DNA of 62,594 nucleotides, filler included, from Candidatus Desantisbacteria bacterium CG1_02_49_89 (GCA_001871075.1; 5 parts of 5 records of this genome joined end to end with filler, not necessarily neighbours in it); one strand, 5' to 3'; numbered from the whole stretch's first letter, positions 1 through 10,351 are shown. Numbers and translations: made by a program. The notes: generated from the letters alone by a model not told the origin.

Positions 1-82
1 TTTTGGTTAAACTCGCCTACGGGCGAGTGGCCCCGGCTTTGTCGGGATGAGTAGCAGGAACGGTTTTACCCGCTACCCATAC
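1..82 (+). mobile_element. Possible 3' end (domain V/VI-like) of a divergent group II intron interrupting a CDS
   Basis: Hairpin ACTCGCC-TACG-GGCGAGT, then CCGGCTTT, then GGGATGAGTAGC...GCTACCCATAC ending in AC with an A at -8; the downstream reading frame has an in-frame TGA at 48-50, so 1-50 cannot code in that frame. Confidence 0.4.
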
Positions 83-416
83 AAAACTCGGAAGAACCAG
101 ACTGTATATCAGCACCCGCGCGGCGGTTTCCGGCATTTCCTGGGATAATAATAAGCTGGATTTCAGCCTGTCTTTCCCCGAAGGGGAGAGCGGGTATGCT
201 GTCATTGCCTGCATTGACGCACCTGATACGGTTGTCCTTAATGGGAATATAATAGAGAAGACCTCTAATTTAAAGAAATCAGACAAAGAGGGATGGCGCT
301 ATCAAAGGAACTGGCTGGAAGTGAAGATCCTGTCCTCAAAGGCAACGCTGGAGATAAGGGGCGCGAAATACAAATACGTTACCTCGGTCAGAAAGCCGGC
401 CAGTAGTTTGCAGTAA
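83..416 (+). CDS. C-terminal fragment of a paralog of the 1529-aa protein
   Basis: Frame 3 reads KLGRTRLYISTRAAVSGISWDNNKLDFSLSFPEGESGY...EGWRYQ...GAKYKYVT*, colinear with GTGKERLYINARAKVADIAWKENKLKFSALFPEGEGGGY...GWKYE...GAKYRYIT of 650..5239. Confidence 0.8.
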
Positions 417-420
417 ATGC

Positions 421-580
421 AGATTGAGATTAAGATTGAGATTGAGGAAATATATTAGTTTAACGGTTTGGGAGTAGGGGCTTCAGCCCCGTTATAGGAG
501 TAGGGCCTTTTCGTAGACCCGCCAGTTTTTAAGGAGGGAGGCCCGTTATTTAACGACCCTAAAGGGTCTACTCCTAAAGC
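421..580. repeat. GATTGA 6-mer tandem run plus GTAG-type REP-like hairpin cluster
   Basis: AGATTGAGATTAAGATTGAGATTGAG; GTAGGGGCTTCAGCCCC, GTAGGGCC..., GACCCTAAAGGGTCTAC. Confidence 0.7.
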
Positions 581-649
581 TCTACGATCCACAGCAGTGC
601 AGCCCGCCCGGAAAGCTTTAAAGGGCAGGTTTAACGCACCGGAGGCTTT

Positions 650-3600
650 ATGAAGAAGATTTTATTCCTGGTTCTTATTTTAACTTTTAACTTTTCCGAA
701 TGGATCCCTTTGGGACAACTTTTAACTTTGAACTTTTGCCGCGCGGAAAACGCGCAGGTTGTAAGCAACCCGGGATTCGAGGAGCTTGACCAGGACGGGT
801 GGGCTCCCGGATGGCAGCAGGTCGGCTCCCTGGTTGAGGTCAGCACTAAGGAAGCGCATTCAGGCAAGAATTCCCTTCACTTACTGCGCGCTCCGGGGAT
901 ACCGGATCCTGAGACCGGCCTGAACCGCGACTGGAAACCGGATTCAGGCGAGCAGGGAACAATGCTTTCCCAGAAAAAGGGATGGATCTCATTCTGGTAT
1001 AAGGCACCCAAAGCCAAAGGCAATATTAAGATACTTACTATCCCGATGAGCGCCCGCCCAATGGAAGACACAGGAGAGCAGAGATCAGAGTTCACCATTC
1101 CCTTAGAGCACGTCGGAGACAGCAAGTGGCACCAGGGATGGGTCAAATTCGATTATTCGAAGAACCCTAAGGTCAAATGGGTCCATATCTCCCCCAGGAT
1201 CACCGGGGGCGAGGGAGAGATTTATCTGGATGATTTCGCGTATTTTGACAAGAAAGAAGGACAGCCGAAACTGAGCGAGGGTTCTTTTTCAGAGCCTGAA
1301 TCAGCAGGAGAGCCGGGTGAGGTAAAAGCGGTTGTAGAAAATATCGGGGACCTGGCACTTGCAGGCGTTAAGGTTGAGCTGAAGCTTCCCGCAGGCCTTA
1401 AATCAGATAAACCGCTGGTCCAGACCATCACGAACATTCCTGCGTCAGGCCAGCACACAGCTGTCTGGTCAGTAACAGGCATCAGTGATAAAGCAGAGAA
1501 AGCTAAAATTCTAGTTTACGACAGCAAGGGTGAGGTCGCGCAGTCAAAGGACCTGACCCTTAGGATCAGCCCAGAAACTGATAAAGGCCTTATAGCGTGG
1601 TGGAAGTTTGACGAAGGCAGCGGGACCCTGGCAAAAGATTCTTCCGGGAACGCGTTTGACGGCGAAATAGTGGGGGACGCTGACTGGGATAAGGGTATTT
1701 CCGGCAACGCTCTGAAATTGAACGGCGGGCGCGTCGAGGTCCAGTATGACGAAAAACTGGCGCTGGGCAAGGCGCTCTCGATCCAGATGTGGGTCTGCCC
1801 GACCGATTATGAGCCGGACACATACAAGATCCTGGTCGCTTTGTGGGACAGCTACCTCCTGCGTTTTGACAACCCGCCTGAAGGCGGCAGGCCTTCGTTC
1901 TTTGTGTTTTTGGAAGGGATACCTGAACCCAGGATACAGGGTAAAGTCCCGGAATTGAACAAGTGGGTTTGCGTGACAGCAGTGTGGGACGGCGCGAAAG
2001 ACCAGATATGGATCAACGGTGTAAAAACAGAATCGGACAGGAAGGGGCAAATTACGACCAAACCGAATAATCTTATGATCGGGGAGAATTTCATCGGTTT
2101 GATCGACGACGTCAAGATCTTCAACCGGGCGCTGAAAGAAGACGAGATCGTGGCAAACCTTCCCCCGTCCCCGAAAATTTCACCCTTAAAGGTTTCAACA
2201 CCGCTTGCCGAGACCGGCAAGCCTTTCACGCTTTCCTGCGAGGTTTCAAACGCCGGCGGGAAATCCGCGAAAGACGGCGCAGCGGAGCTTGCGCTCCCCA
2301 AGGGATTCACCATAATTGACGGGACCAGCAAGGTGAATATCGCGCTTCTGAGCAGGAAATCCCCGCAGACATTAAAGTGGACCGTTAAGTCAGACGTTCC
2401 GATTGCGGGCAGCGCGGTAATCACGGTCGGGTTCAGCGGGATGGAACAGCTCACTGCAAACTCGAGGATGGTTGTGGCAAAGCCCATTACGAAAGAGGGC
2501 GCGGTGCCTATAAAACCCGAGATCAGCAGGTCAGGTGATGATTTCATACTTGCGAACGATAAGGTGCGCCTTGTATTTCCTAAAAACGATTTCGGGTACG
2601 GGGTATTCGCTGTTGACGTCAATAAGGACGGGAAATGGGAGAGGGTGGCTTCCGCAAGCTCCCTGAGCTACCTTGCGGTCAAAAAGGACCAGAATATAAT
2701 AAGGAAACATATATACTGCGGTTCGGGAAACCCGATCCAGCTTGATTCCGGAGAGGCAGGCATTGAATTCAGGGATACGATAGATGACGGGACAGGCACT
2801 AACTGGAAGTTCCGCTGCCTGTTCCTTATAGGAAAAGACGACAGGATAAAGACGGAATACGAAGCAGTGCCTGACAAGGACGGCAGCCTTGTTGTTTTGT
2901 ACGGCCCGATGCTTTACGCGGGAGAGGGAAGTTTCGGCTCAAAGAAGGACGACGGCCTGTTCTGCGGGCTTGAGTGGCTGGTGGGAGACGAACAGTCTTC
3001 TTCCAACCTTGACATGCACGACCCTGACTATTATTTAAGGTATGTTCCGCACGGGAACAAGCCTACTATCCCGTTCATGGCGGTTTCAAAGGACGGGACT
3101 GCGATAGCCCTTATGTGGGACGCTTTGCAGAAATGGGATGGCGCAAACATAAGGCCTGCCGCGGTCTATGCGTCTCCAAATTTCATTGACGGTCAGGAAA
3201 ACCATCTAATGGGATTGTTCCTGCCTTCCACGATCGAGTGGCTGGGGCAGAACAACCTTGAGGCGGTCAGCAACCCGTATCCTTTTAAAAAAGGAGTGCC
3301 GCTGAAGATCGTTTCCCATATAGTCGCGGCAACGCCTGTAAAAGAATCCATAGATTGCCTTAACAGATGGTTCAATACATACGGTGTGACTGATCCTGCT
3401 CCGCTTCCGAGAGGCAGCTATACAAAAGAGATAGAATTCAGCATGAAGGCGTACCTTGAATCTTTATGGGCTGAAGGAGAGAAGCAGTGGTGGACATCCA
3501 AAGGCGGAGGGGATATGAGCCTGAAAGGGGTTCCGCCTTCTTTCGCGTTCCAGCTTAAAATGGCTTCTGTAATGACAAAAGACGAAGAGCTGAAAAAGAA

Positions 3601-5239
3601 ATATCTTGATATGGTTGACCGCGCAATGAAAATAGGCGGATTTTCAACAGTCTGGGGGGATGACGCGGGTTTCACATGGGCAAACCCGGCTGCTGCGATC
3701 CTGGGATTCGGCGGGCAGGCAGGTTCTCAGCTGGACGGGATGTGGGAGGACGGTTCATGGAGGTTCAGGACAAGGATAGGCACGTCTTTCCCGTTCAAGG
3801 GCTATGACTACGGCTTGCTTGGCCCGGACAAGGCGGCTGAACTCGGGACCTGCGCGAGGAGCGCGTATGAAGTCCTGAGGTTCGTGCGCATGACAGGGGA
3901 TTGGGAAGTTTTCAACACCGTAAAGAAATCGCTTGAATTCATGAAGCAGTTCAACGTTCCCCGCGCTGCCCAGGTATGGGAGTGCCCGGTGCACACCCCG
4001 GACATACTCGCGGCTGCTGACGCTGTTGATGCCTATATCGAAGCGTATTGGTTCACCGGTGAAAAACAGTATCTTGACGAGGCGATAAGGTGGGCGTGGG
4101 CAGGCATGCCTTTTGTGTATGTCTGGAACCAGCCTGACCATCCCGTGATGCGGTACGCGTCTATCGCTATATTCGGCGGCTCCCAGTATGGTTCTTCCTG
4201 GATAGGCCAGCCTGTGCAGTGGAACGGGCTGCGGTATGCTTACGCGATCCTGAAGCTTGCTGACCTTGACAAAACATTCCCCTGGCGCAAAGTTGCCGAG
4301 GGAATAACAATCAGCGCCATGTACCAGCAGAATGAAGAAGGCAAGGATGTCGCGCTGTGGCCTGATAACTTCAGCACTTCGAACGGGAAGCTGTGGGTCA
4401 AGTGCCCCTGGGTTTTTGAGCCGGGGCAGATCCTGAAGAACGTTTATAAGCTGCTTGACAGGGACCTGGAGCCCGCGACATACATCGCAGGCACAGGGAA
4501 AGAAAGGTTGTATATCAACGCCCGCGCGAAGGTCGCGGATATCGCCTGGAAAGAAAACAAGCTGAAATTCAGCGCGCTGTTCCCTGAGGGTGAGGGCGGC
4601 GGTTATATTGTGATCACGAGCATTGGCAGGCCGGTAAAGGTCACGCTTAACGGTTCGGAGCTTGCTGAAAACATTAAGGTTTACGGGAACAGGGACATTG
4701 GCTGGAAATACGAATCCGGCATGGGCTTCCTGTCAGTCAGGATCAACCAGGGAAAAGGCGCTGACAAGGTTGAGGTTGAAGGCGCGAAATACAGGTACAT
4801 TACCGTGATCCCCAAGCAGACAGACAAGATAGCGTTCACGTTTGATTCTGACATGGAAGGCTGGTCTCCCGTGAACCAGATAGACAACTTGACTTCAGAG
4901 GACGGCGTATTGAAGGGTAACGCGACAGGCGGCGATCCCTACATGAACAGGTCGCGCGTTAAGGTTGACGGCAACCTTTACAAGACCGTGAAAGTCCGCG
5001 CTAAAAGCAATTTCGGCAACGGCATAGCCATCTACTGGATCACGGCTGACAGCCCAGACTGGGCTGAGGACAAGGTCATACACCTGCCGCTTGCGCCTGA
5101 TTACCGGTTCCGCGAGTTCGTGTTCGAGGTCGGCAGGGACAATATGTGGGCAGGCAAGACCATAACAGGCATACGGCTTGATCCTGTTGAGGGCGGCACC
5201 GGCGGCAAGTTCGAAGTGGACTACATCAGGGGCGAATAA
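650..5239 (+). CDS. Large secreted multidomain carbohydrate-active protein (CBM-like, LamG, Ig-like, putative alpha/alpha-barrel catalytic domain, C-terminal CBM-like)
   Basis: Signal peptide; NPGFE...AHSGKNS...YLDD CBM-like motif; WWKFDEGSG...FIGLIDDVKIFNRAL LamG motif; GGAGG RBS. Confidence 0.75.
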   Translation: MKKILFLVLILTFNFSEWIPLGQLLTLNFCRAENAQVVSNPGFEELDQDGWAPGWQQVGSLVEVSTKEAHSGKNSLHLLRAPGIPDPETGLNRDWKPDSGEQGTMLSQKKGWISFWYKAPKAKGNIKILTIPMSARPMEDTGEQRSEFTIPLEHVGDSKWHQGWVKFDYSKNPKVKWVHISPRITGGEGEIYLDDFAYFDKKEGQPKLSEGSFSEPESAGEPGEVKAVVENIGDLALAGVKVELKLPAGLKSDKPLVQTITNIPASGQHTAVWSVTGISDKAEKAKILVYDSKGEVAQSKDLTLRISPETDKGLIAWWKFDEGSGTLAKDSSGNAFDGEIVGDADWDKGISGNALKLNGGRVEVQYDEKLALGKALSIQMWVCPTDYEPDTYKILVALWDSYLLRFDNPPEGGRPSFFVFLEGIPEPRIQGKVPELNKWVCVTAVWDGAKDQIWINGVKTESDRKGQITTKPNNLMIGENFIGLIDDVKIFNRALKEDEIVANLPPSPKISPLKVSTPLAETGKPFTLSCEVSNAGGKSAKDGAAELALPKGFTIIDGTSKVNIALLSRKSPQTLKWTVKSDVPIAGSAVITVGFSGMEQLTANSRMVVAKPITKEGAVPIKPEISRSGDDFILANDKVRLVFPKNDFGYGVFAVDVNKDGKWERVASASSLSYLAVKKDQNIIRKHIYCGSGNPIQLDSGEAGIEFRDTIDDGTGTNWKFRCLFLIGKDDRIKTEYEAVPDKDGSLVVLYGPMLYAGEGSFGSKKDDGLFCGLEWLVGDEQSSSNLDMHDPDYYLRYVPHGNKPTIPFMAVSKDGTAIALMWDALQKWDGANIRPAAVYASPNFIDGQENHLMGLFLPSTIEWLGQNNLEAVSNPYPFKKGVPLKIVSHIVAATPVKESIDCLNRWFNTYGVTDPAPLPRGSYTKEIEFSMKAYLESLWAEGEKQWWTSKGGGDMSLKGVPPSFAFQLKMASVMTKDEELKKKYLDMVDRAMKIGGFSTVWGDDAGFTWANPAAAILGFGGQAGSQLDGMWEDGSWRFRTRIGTSFPFKGYDYGLLGPDKAAELGTCARSAYEVLRFVRMTGDWEVFNTVKKSLEFMKQFNVPRAAQVWECPVHTPDILAAADAVDAYIEAYWFTGEKQYLDEAIRWAWAGMPFVYVWNQPDHPVMRYASIAIFGGSQYGSSWIGQPVQWNGLRYAYAILKLADLDKTFPWRKVAEGITISAMYQQNEEGKDVALWPDNFSTSNGKLWVKCPWVFEPGQILKNVYKLLDRDLEPATYIAGTGKERLYINARAKVADIAWKENKLKFSALFPEGEGGGYIVITSIGRPVKVTLNGSELAENIKVYGNRDIGWKYESGMGFLSVRINQGKGADKVEVEGAKYRYITVIPKQTDKIAFTFDSDMEGWSPVNQIDNLTSEDGVLKGNATGGDPYMNRSRVKVDGNLYKTVKVRAKSNFGNGIAIYWITADSPDWAEDKVIHLPLAPDYRFREFVFEVGRDNMWAGKTITGIRLDPVEGGTGGKFEVDYIRGE

Positions 5240-5388
5240 TCCCTGAAAGACATTGCAAATTTCAAATTGTCTCAAAAGGACCCTTTCGGGATTTATAGAA
5301 AATTTGAAATTTACAATTTTCAATTTGACTTTTGAAATAGTTTTTAAACTCTGACACTTTGACACTTTATTTCAAAAGGAGGGGTAAC

Positions 5389-7326
5389 ATGACTGGAAGG
5401 GCACTGGTTATCGGTATCGTGTGCGTGCTGGCTCTGGCGTTCGCAATCCCGTATTGCGACCTGGTGATGCACGGGACGTGGGTCGGGCTGACGGCTTTTC
5501 CCATTTCATCGTTCTTTACGTTCGTGGTCCTGGTGCTGGGAATCAATTTTCTTCTGAAGTTATTGAAGATAGGGCTGAAACCCGGGGAACTGCTGACCAT
5601 TTACGTGATGATGCTTGTGGGAGCGGGTATCCCTTCGTTCGGCCTGACAGGGCTTCTTATACCGTATATCGCGGGCCCTTTCTATTTCGCGAGCCCGGAA
5701 AACAAGTTCGCGGAAACCTTCCACCAGTATATCCCGCAGTGGATGAAGCCTTCCACGCCGGAAGCGGTAACCTACCTTTATGAAGGCCTGCCCGCGGGAC
5801 AAAAGATACCCTGGGCAGCGTGGACCCAGCCGCTTATTATGTGGACCCTGCTCGCGCTCGCGGTCTATCTTGTTTTTTTCTGCCTGAGCACCGTGCTGAG
5901 GAAGCAGTGGATAGAGAACGAAAAGCTCATATTCCCGCTCACTTCAGTGCCGGTGGAAATGGCGGCGCAGGAAGAAGGGGATAAAAGCCTTGTCCCTCCT
6001 TTCTTCAAGAACAAGGTCATGTGGATGTTCTTCGCGGTTCCCTTTATAATCCACGCCATCAACGGGCTTTCATTCTATTTCCCCGCTATCCCGAAGATCA
6101 ACGTCCAGCTTATCGACATAGGCAGGTTCGTCGCGCAGAAGAAGCCTTTCAACCAGCTTATCTGCCTGTGGCTGCGGATCCCTTTCAGCATCATAGGCCT
6201 GACCTATATCCTGCCGGTCCAGCTTTCTTTCTCCCTGTGGTTTTTTTACATTTTCTTCAGGTTCCAGGAGCTGATCGGCGCTACGATGGGATTCCCAATG
6301 CCGTTCGTGCAGGCTTACCCTGTGCGCGCTTTTGTCGCGCACCAGATGGCAGGCGGGATATTAGTATTCGCCGTGATAAGCCTGTGGGCGATGCGCAAGC
6401 ATCTTAAGGATATGTTCAGGAAGGCGTTTACCGGAGACAAGGCAATTGATGATTCAGGCGAGATGCTGTCGTACCGGTTCGCGATCTTCGGGCTGATCAT
6501 AGGCATGGTCGGCATCTCTTTCTGGGGCAAAGCGATGGGCGCTTCGTTCTGGCTGACCCTGCTCCTTTTCGTGATCTATTTCCTGATGCACATCGTCGCG
6601 GTGCGGCTCGTGTGCGAGGGCGGCATGCTTTACGTCCAGCACCCCCTTAGGCCCTGGAACATGATCATGCTTGCCGGGGGAAGCGCGATGTTCAGCCCCG
6701 TCAACATAACATGGATGACCTTCTTTGACCATCTCTGGATGGTTGACAACAGAAGCCCGCTTATGCCTCCGATAATGCAGGGCCTTAAGATCTCCGAGGC
6801 GATCCCGGGCAAGAACCGCAGGCTGCTTGCGGTGGGGATGGTGGTGTCGGTGCTGCTTGCGATAGTGGTGTCCTACTGGTCATACATGAGGCTGATGTAC
6901 AAGTTCGGGGGAGTGAACCTTCACTACTGGTTCACCACGTATTACACGAAGAACCTTTTCTCCTCGTGGACCACGTACCTGATAAACACGGGTGAGAAAG
7001 CCCAGCCCATGGGCCTTGTGTCAATGGGGATCGGCGGAGCCACGATGTGGTTCCTTATGTTCATGCACCGCACGTTCCTGTGGTGGCCTTTCTCCCCGAT
7101 AGGGTACCTTATGGGAGCGTCCTGGCCGATGATAAACTTCTGGTTCCCGATATTCCTCGGTTGGCTGGTAAAGACCATAGTCATGAGGATCGGGGGTATC
7201 AAGGTTTACAGGCTGCTGATGCCGGGTTTCCTGGGTTTCATCTTCGCCGAGTTCCTAAGCGCCGGGATGTGGGTCGCGATCGACTTCTTCACCGGGGTCA
7301 AGGGCCACGAGATCTTCTCCTTTTAA
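5389..7326 (+). CDS. Polytopic membrane protein, DUF6785/DUF6784-like putative transporter
   Basis: Many TM segments; RKQWIENEKLIFPL and WWPFSPIGY...W.PIFLGWLVK motifs; AGGAGG RBS before ATG 5389. Confidence 0.7.
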   Translation: MTGRALVIGIVCVLALAFAIPYCDLVMHGTWVGLTAFPISSFFTFVVLVLGINFLLKLLKIGLKPGELLTIYVMMLVGAGIPSFGLTGLLIPYIAGPFYFASPENKFAETFHQYIPQWMKPSTPEAVTYLYEGLPAGQKIPWAAWTQPLIMWTLLALAVYLVFFCLSTVLRKQWIENEKLIFPLTSVPVEMAAQEEGDKSLVPPFFKNKVMWMFFAVPFIIHAINGLSFYFPAIPKINVQLIDIGRFVAQKKPFNQLICLWLRIPFSIIGLTYILPVQLSFSLWFFYIFFRFQELIGATMGFPMPFVQAYPVRAFVAHQMAGGILVFAVISLWAMRKHLKDMFRKAFTGDKAIDDSGEMLSYRFAIFGLIIGMVGISFWGKAMGASFWLTLLLFVIYFLMHIVAVRLVCEGGMLYVQHPLRPWNMIMLAGGSAMFSPVNITWMTFFDHLWMVDNRSPLMPPIMQGLKISEAIPGKNRRLLAVGMVVSVLLAIVVSYWSYMRLMYKFGGVNLHYWFTTYYTKNLFSSWTTYLINTGEKAQPMGLVSMGIGGATMWFLMFMHRTFLWWPFSPIGYLMGASWPMINFWFPIFLGWLVKTIVMRIGGIKVYRLLMPGFLGFIFAEFLSAGMWVAIDFFTGVKGHEIFSF

Positions 7327-7344
7327 ATTTATTCCCTGATCTTC

Positions 7345-7515
7345 TTCCCCCTCTGAAGGGGGAAGACTGAGATGGGGGTGTTGTTTGCGGGAGAGGGCTG
7401 GGGTGAGGGGCAGATCATCAGATAGATGTAACTCAGGCCTTTAGGCCTGAAGTCTGAAATGTTGACTTATGGCTAATGGTCTATGGTTGTGTTTAACGAT
7501 AAGCCATAAGCCATA
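7345..7515. repeat. Cluster of palindromic repeats (GGGAGAGGG-type, GTAA-REP, TATGGC/GCCATA inverted tandem)
   Basis: TTCCCCCTCTGAAGGGGGAA; GGGAGAGGGCTGGGGTGAGGGG; GTAACTCAGGCCTTTAGGCCTGA; TATGGCTAATGGTCTATGG...ATAAGCCATAAGCCATA. Confidence 0.7.
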
Positions 7516-7547
7516 TGCGGATTTATAATTTATGGACGGGAGGGATT

Positions 7548-9218
7548 ATGCGTAAAATTTTCTTGTTGTTAGTCTTAACTTTCAGCTTTCAGCTCCTTCG
7601 GGCTTTCAGCTGCAGTTACGCCGCCGGCCTGCCCTGGGTCCAGGGCCCGGGGGAATTTGCAAGCGGGTCAAGCACTAAAATTGAGAATTCGGTTCTCATA
7701 TTTCACCTGGATGAGGGCTCAGGTACATTTGCAGGCGATGTTTCCGGTTACGGAAACAACGGGACGCTTGGTGCCGCCCAGTGGGGGACGGGTAAAATAG
7801 GGGGGGCTGCGGATTGCGGCGCGGGCGGGTCTATATCAGTTGCTGATGCAAATTCTCTTGACCTGACCAATAAAATGACCATACTGCTCTGGGCAAGGTA
7901 CGACAGCGACAATTCAGATTACCTGCAAATTATCCGGAAAAGCAATTCGTTTGTTGTAAGGCGCGACAATTCTGGGGAAGGCCTCCAGATAAGCTCATTT
8001 ATCAAGACAGACGCGTCATTTGAGCCGAGGGCATCAAGCGGGTTCGTCCCGGTTTTGGGTGAATGGTTCCATGCAGCCATGACTTTTGACGGGACAACAA
8101 TGAAACTTTACATTAACGGTGAGCTGAAAGGTTCAGTCGAAAGATCCGGTTCAATTAACGTGGGCGCGGATCCTGTCCTGATCGGCAGCAAATGGCCCGG
8201 GCTGATAGATGAGGTTAAAATATATAACAGCTGTTTTTCTTCGGACGAGATAAAAGCTGATTACGGCGGCTCAGGGTTTTTCGGGCGTTTTCTTTCTCCC
8301 GGCGGCGTACTGGAATCAACTGAATGTGACTGCGAGGAAAGCGCAACGCTTGGCAGGATGGATTGGGTTGCCGACGTTCCGCAGGGCTGCACCCTGTCCT
8401 TTTACGCAAGCATAAAGGACGAACTGACAGGGTTGTGGGCCGAGACAGGCCCGTACCGTTCAAGCGGCAGCATCCTGCAGCTTCCGCCTTCCAGGTACAT
8501 AAAATACAGGGCTCAGGTTGAAATTCCGTCTAATTCCAGGGCCGAAGTCTTACTGAAAGAGGTTAAAATATATCCTGCTTTGCAGGGCATAGCATCGAGC
8601 AATGCCGCGGGTCCCACACTTATATTTAAAAATGAAGACAAGATGACGCTTGACCTGTATTTCAACGTGCCGATGGATTCAAACAACGGCAGCTGCTTTG
8701 TTGACCTGACCGATGAGAATAACGTTGTGATCCACATAAGCACCGGCGACGGGACATGGATTGATTCAATGCATTTTCAGACGAAGCCGTTTGATCTGTA
8801 CGGTCAGAATATATCAGGGGGGTTCGCAAGCCTGACGATCACCGGGCCCAATCCGGTCGGCAACACGAACACGAACACCCTTTACTGTTATGCGCCGCGC
8901 TATATCCTGGTAGATGCGGGCGGGAACCCTGTTCCAAATTCCTTTTTCCCCAATCCTTTTTCGCCCAACGGGGACGGCAAGGCAGACCAGACAACTCTGC
9001 TGCTTATGCTTCCTTCACCGAAGACCATTACCGTGAAGATCTATGACCTTAAAGGAAGGCTGGTCAAAGTCCTTGTTGAGAACAGGGTGGGTATGGGCGA
9101 AGGGATAATCTGGGACGGAACAGACGAGCTGGGCAGGATATGCCCGGTCGGGCTTTATATTTACCAGATCAGGATGGATAATGAATTCAAGAACGGCTCG
9201 GTCGTTTTAGCCAAATAA
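7548..9218 (+). CDS. Secreted LamG-domain protein with FlgD-Ig/T9SS-like C-terminal domain
   Basis: FHLDEGSG...GLIDEVKIYN LamG motif; C-terminal FPNPFSPNGDG...IYDLKGRLVK...WDG...GLYIYQI. Confidence 0.8.
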   Translation: MRKIFLLLVLTFSFQLLRAFSCSYAAGLPWVQGPGEFASGSSTKIENSVLIFHLDEGSGTFAGDVSGYGNNGTLGAAQWGTGKIGGAADCGAGGSISVADANSLDLTNKMTILLWARYDSDNSDYLQIIRKSNSFVVRRDNSGEGLQISSFIKTDASFEPRASSGFVPVLGEWFHAAMTFDGTTMKLYINGELKGSVERSGSINVGADPVLIGSKWPGLIDEVKIYNSCFSSDEIKADYGGSGFFGRFLSPGGVLESTECDCEESATLGRMDWVADVPQGCTLSFYASIKDELTGLWAETGPYRSSGSILQLPPSRYIKYRAQVEIPSNSRAEVLLKEVKIYPALQGIASSNAAGPTLIFKNEDKMTLDLYFNVPMDSNNGSCFVDLTDENNVVIHISTGDGTWIDSMHFQTKPFDLYGQNISGGFASLTITGPNPVGNTNTNTLYCYAPRYILVDAGGNPVPNSFFPNPFSPNGDGKADQTTLLLMLPSPKTITVKIYDLKGRLVKVLVENRVGMGEGIIWDGTDELGRICPVGLYIYQIRMDNEFKNGSVVLAK

Positions 9219-9235
9219 CGAGCAGGATGTTTTTC

Positions 9236-9760
9236 GTGTAAGGTGCCCGCCCAGACATCTGTCTGGGCGAGGTCTCGCCCCGATGAATATCGGGGCGGAT
9301 AAGGTGTAAGGCAAGATTATGCGTAGAGATATTTCGTAGGGCAAGCCTTCAGGCTTGCTGGTAGCCGCAGGCTTTAGCCTGCGATAGGTAGGGGCGCAAT
9401 TCATTGCGCCCGATTTGCAGCGGTCCCGATTCATCAGCACGTATTTTACAGGATTTCAATATAAATCCCCCTATTTCCCCCTTTTAAAAAGGGGGATGAA
9501 GGGGGATTTTATTTTCTTGACTTTTTCATATTTTTATGATATAATATTACCCTGTTTCAATTTGCAACATACTGAAACCACACGATTTCACAGATTAACA
9601 CGAGATTCTATACTAATCTGTCATTGCGAACCGAAGCCGCGAGCGAAGCGTGGCGGGCAGGTGAAGCAATCTTGTATTAGATTGTTTCGTCATTTCATTC
9701 CTCGCAATGACCCGCTTCTACGGCAGGTCATCTGTGGAAATCCGTGAGAATCTGTGGTTA
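9236..9760. repeat. Dense cluster of palindromic repeats (AAGGTGT tandem with 54-bp insert, GTAG-REPs, GTCATTGCGA...TCGCAATGAC element, 9-mer CACAGAT/ATCTGTG arms)
   Basis: GTAGGGCAAGCCTTCAGGCTTGC, GTAGCCGCAGGCTTTAGCCTGCG, GTAGGGGCGCAATTCATTGCGCCC; inverted element 9619-9711. Confidence 0.75.
9517..9545 (+). promoter_or_regulatory. Sigma70-type promoter upstream of argC
   Basis: TTGACT-N17-TATAAT with extended TG. Confidence 0.6.
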
Positions 9761-9771
9761 AAGGAGCTTTA

Positions 9772-9872
9772 ATGGTTAAAGTTGGAATAGCGGGTGTAAC
9801 AGGAATGGCGGGAGAGGAACTGTTGAAAATTCTCCTCGGCCACAATGGTGTTGAAATAACCTATATAGGCTC
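9772..9872 (+). CDS. argC: N-acetyl-gamma-glutamyl-phosphate reductase, N-terminal fragment (contig end)
   Basis: MVKVGIAGVTGMAGEELLKILLGHNGVEITYI; AAGGAG RBS. Confidence 0.75.
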
Positions 9873-9972
9873 NNNNNNNNNNNNNNNNNNNNNNNNNNNN
9901 NNNNNNNNNNNNNNNNTTAATTAATTAANNNNNNNNNNNNNNNNNNNNNNNNNNNNNNNNNNNNNNNNNNNN
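9873..9972. other. Artificial contig linker
   Basis: N-run flanking TTAATTAATTAA (stops in all frames). Confidence 0.97.
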
Positions 9973-9998
9973 TTCCGCACAGGAAAAAACCACACTTG

Positions 9999-10334
9999 TG
10001 TTCCGCAACATTCAAAAGCGGACATTTGGGAACCTTAAAACCGAACATTAATTAAAGATGGAACTCTCCAATTTTCTGCTCATCCTTTAAAACAATAATC
10101 TTTCTGTTGGGGATAAGACCCACGGTTACTTCCTGTTCTGGAAATCGTCCTACTTTCCAGGTTCTGCCTTCGAGAGTACCCACCCCCCTCACCCTACCCC
10201 TCTCCCTCGAGGGGAGAGGATAAAGGAGAGGGTGATTATTACCTGATTTTTAAACCAGCCAGCCTAAATAATTTTCCCCCGGCTATGTGACACTTTGATT
10301 GTTCCCAATGTGACCTTTTGATTATTTCCGCACA
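9999..10334 (-). mobile_element. 336-bp non-autonomous IS-derived element (TGT...ACA ends, IS481/IS1202-like), copy 1
   Basis: Imperfect TIRs TGTTCCGCAACATTCAAAAGCGGACA / TGTGACCTTTTGATTATTTCCGCACA with internal repeats; similar copy at 49402-49733; minus-strand ORF remnant EGRTWKVGRFPEQEVTVGLIPNRKIIVLKDEQKIGEFHL*. Confidence 0.7.
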
Positions 10335-10351
10335 TAAAAAAACGGGCACAT

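Noticed and set aside
48..50. In-frame TGA as selenocysteine or recoded stop
   Set aside because: No similarity to the paralog upstream of it, and TGA acts as a normal stop in other genes here
9207..9747. ORFs 9207-9440 and 9415-9747
   Set aside because: Translations of stacked palindromic repeats; no RBS or protein-like features
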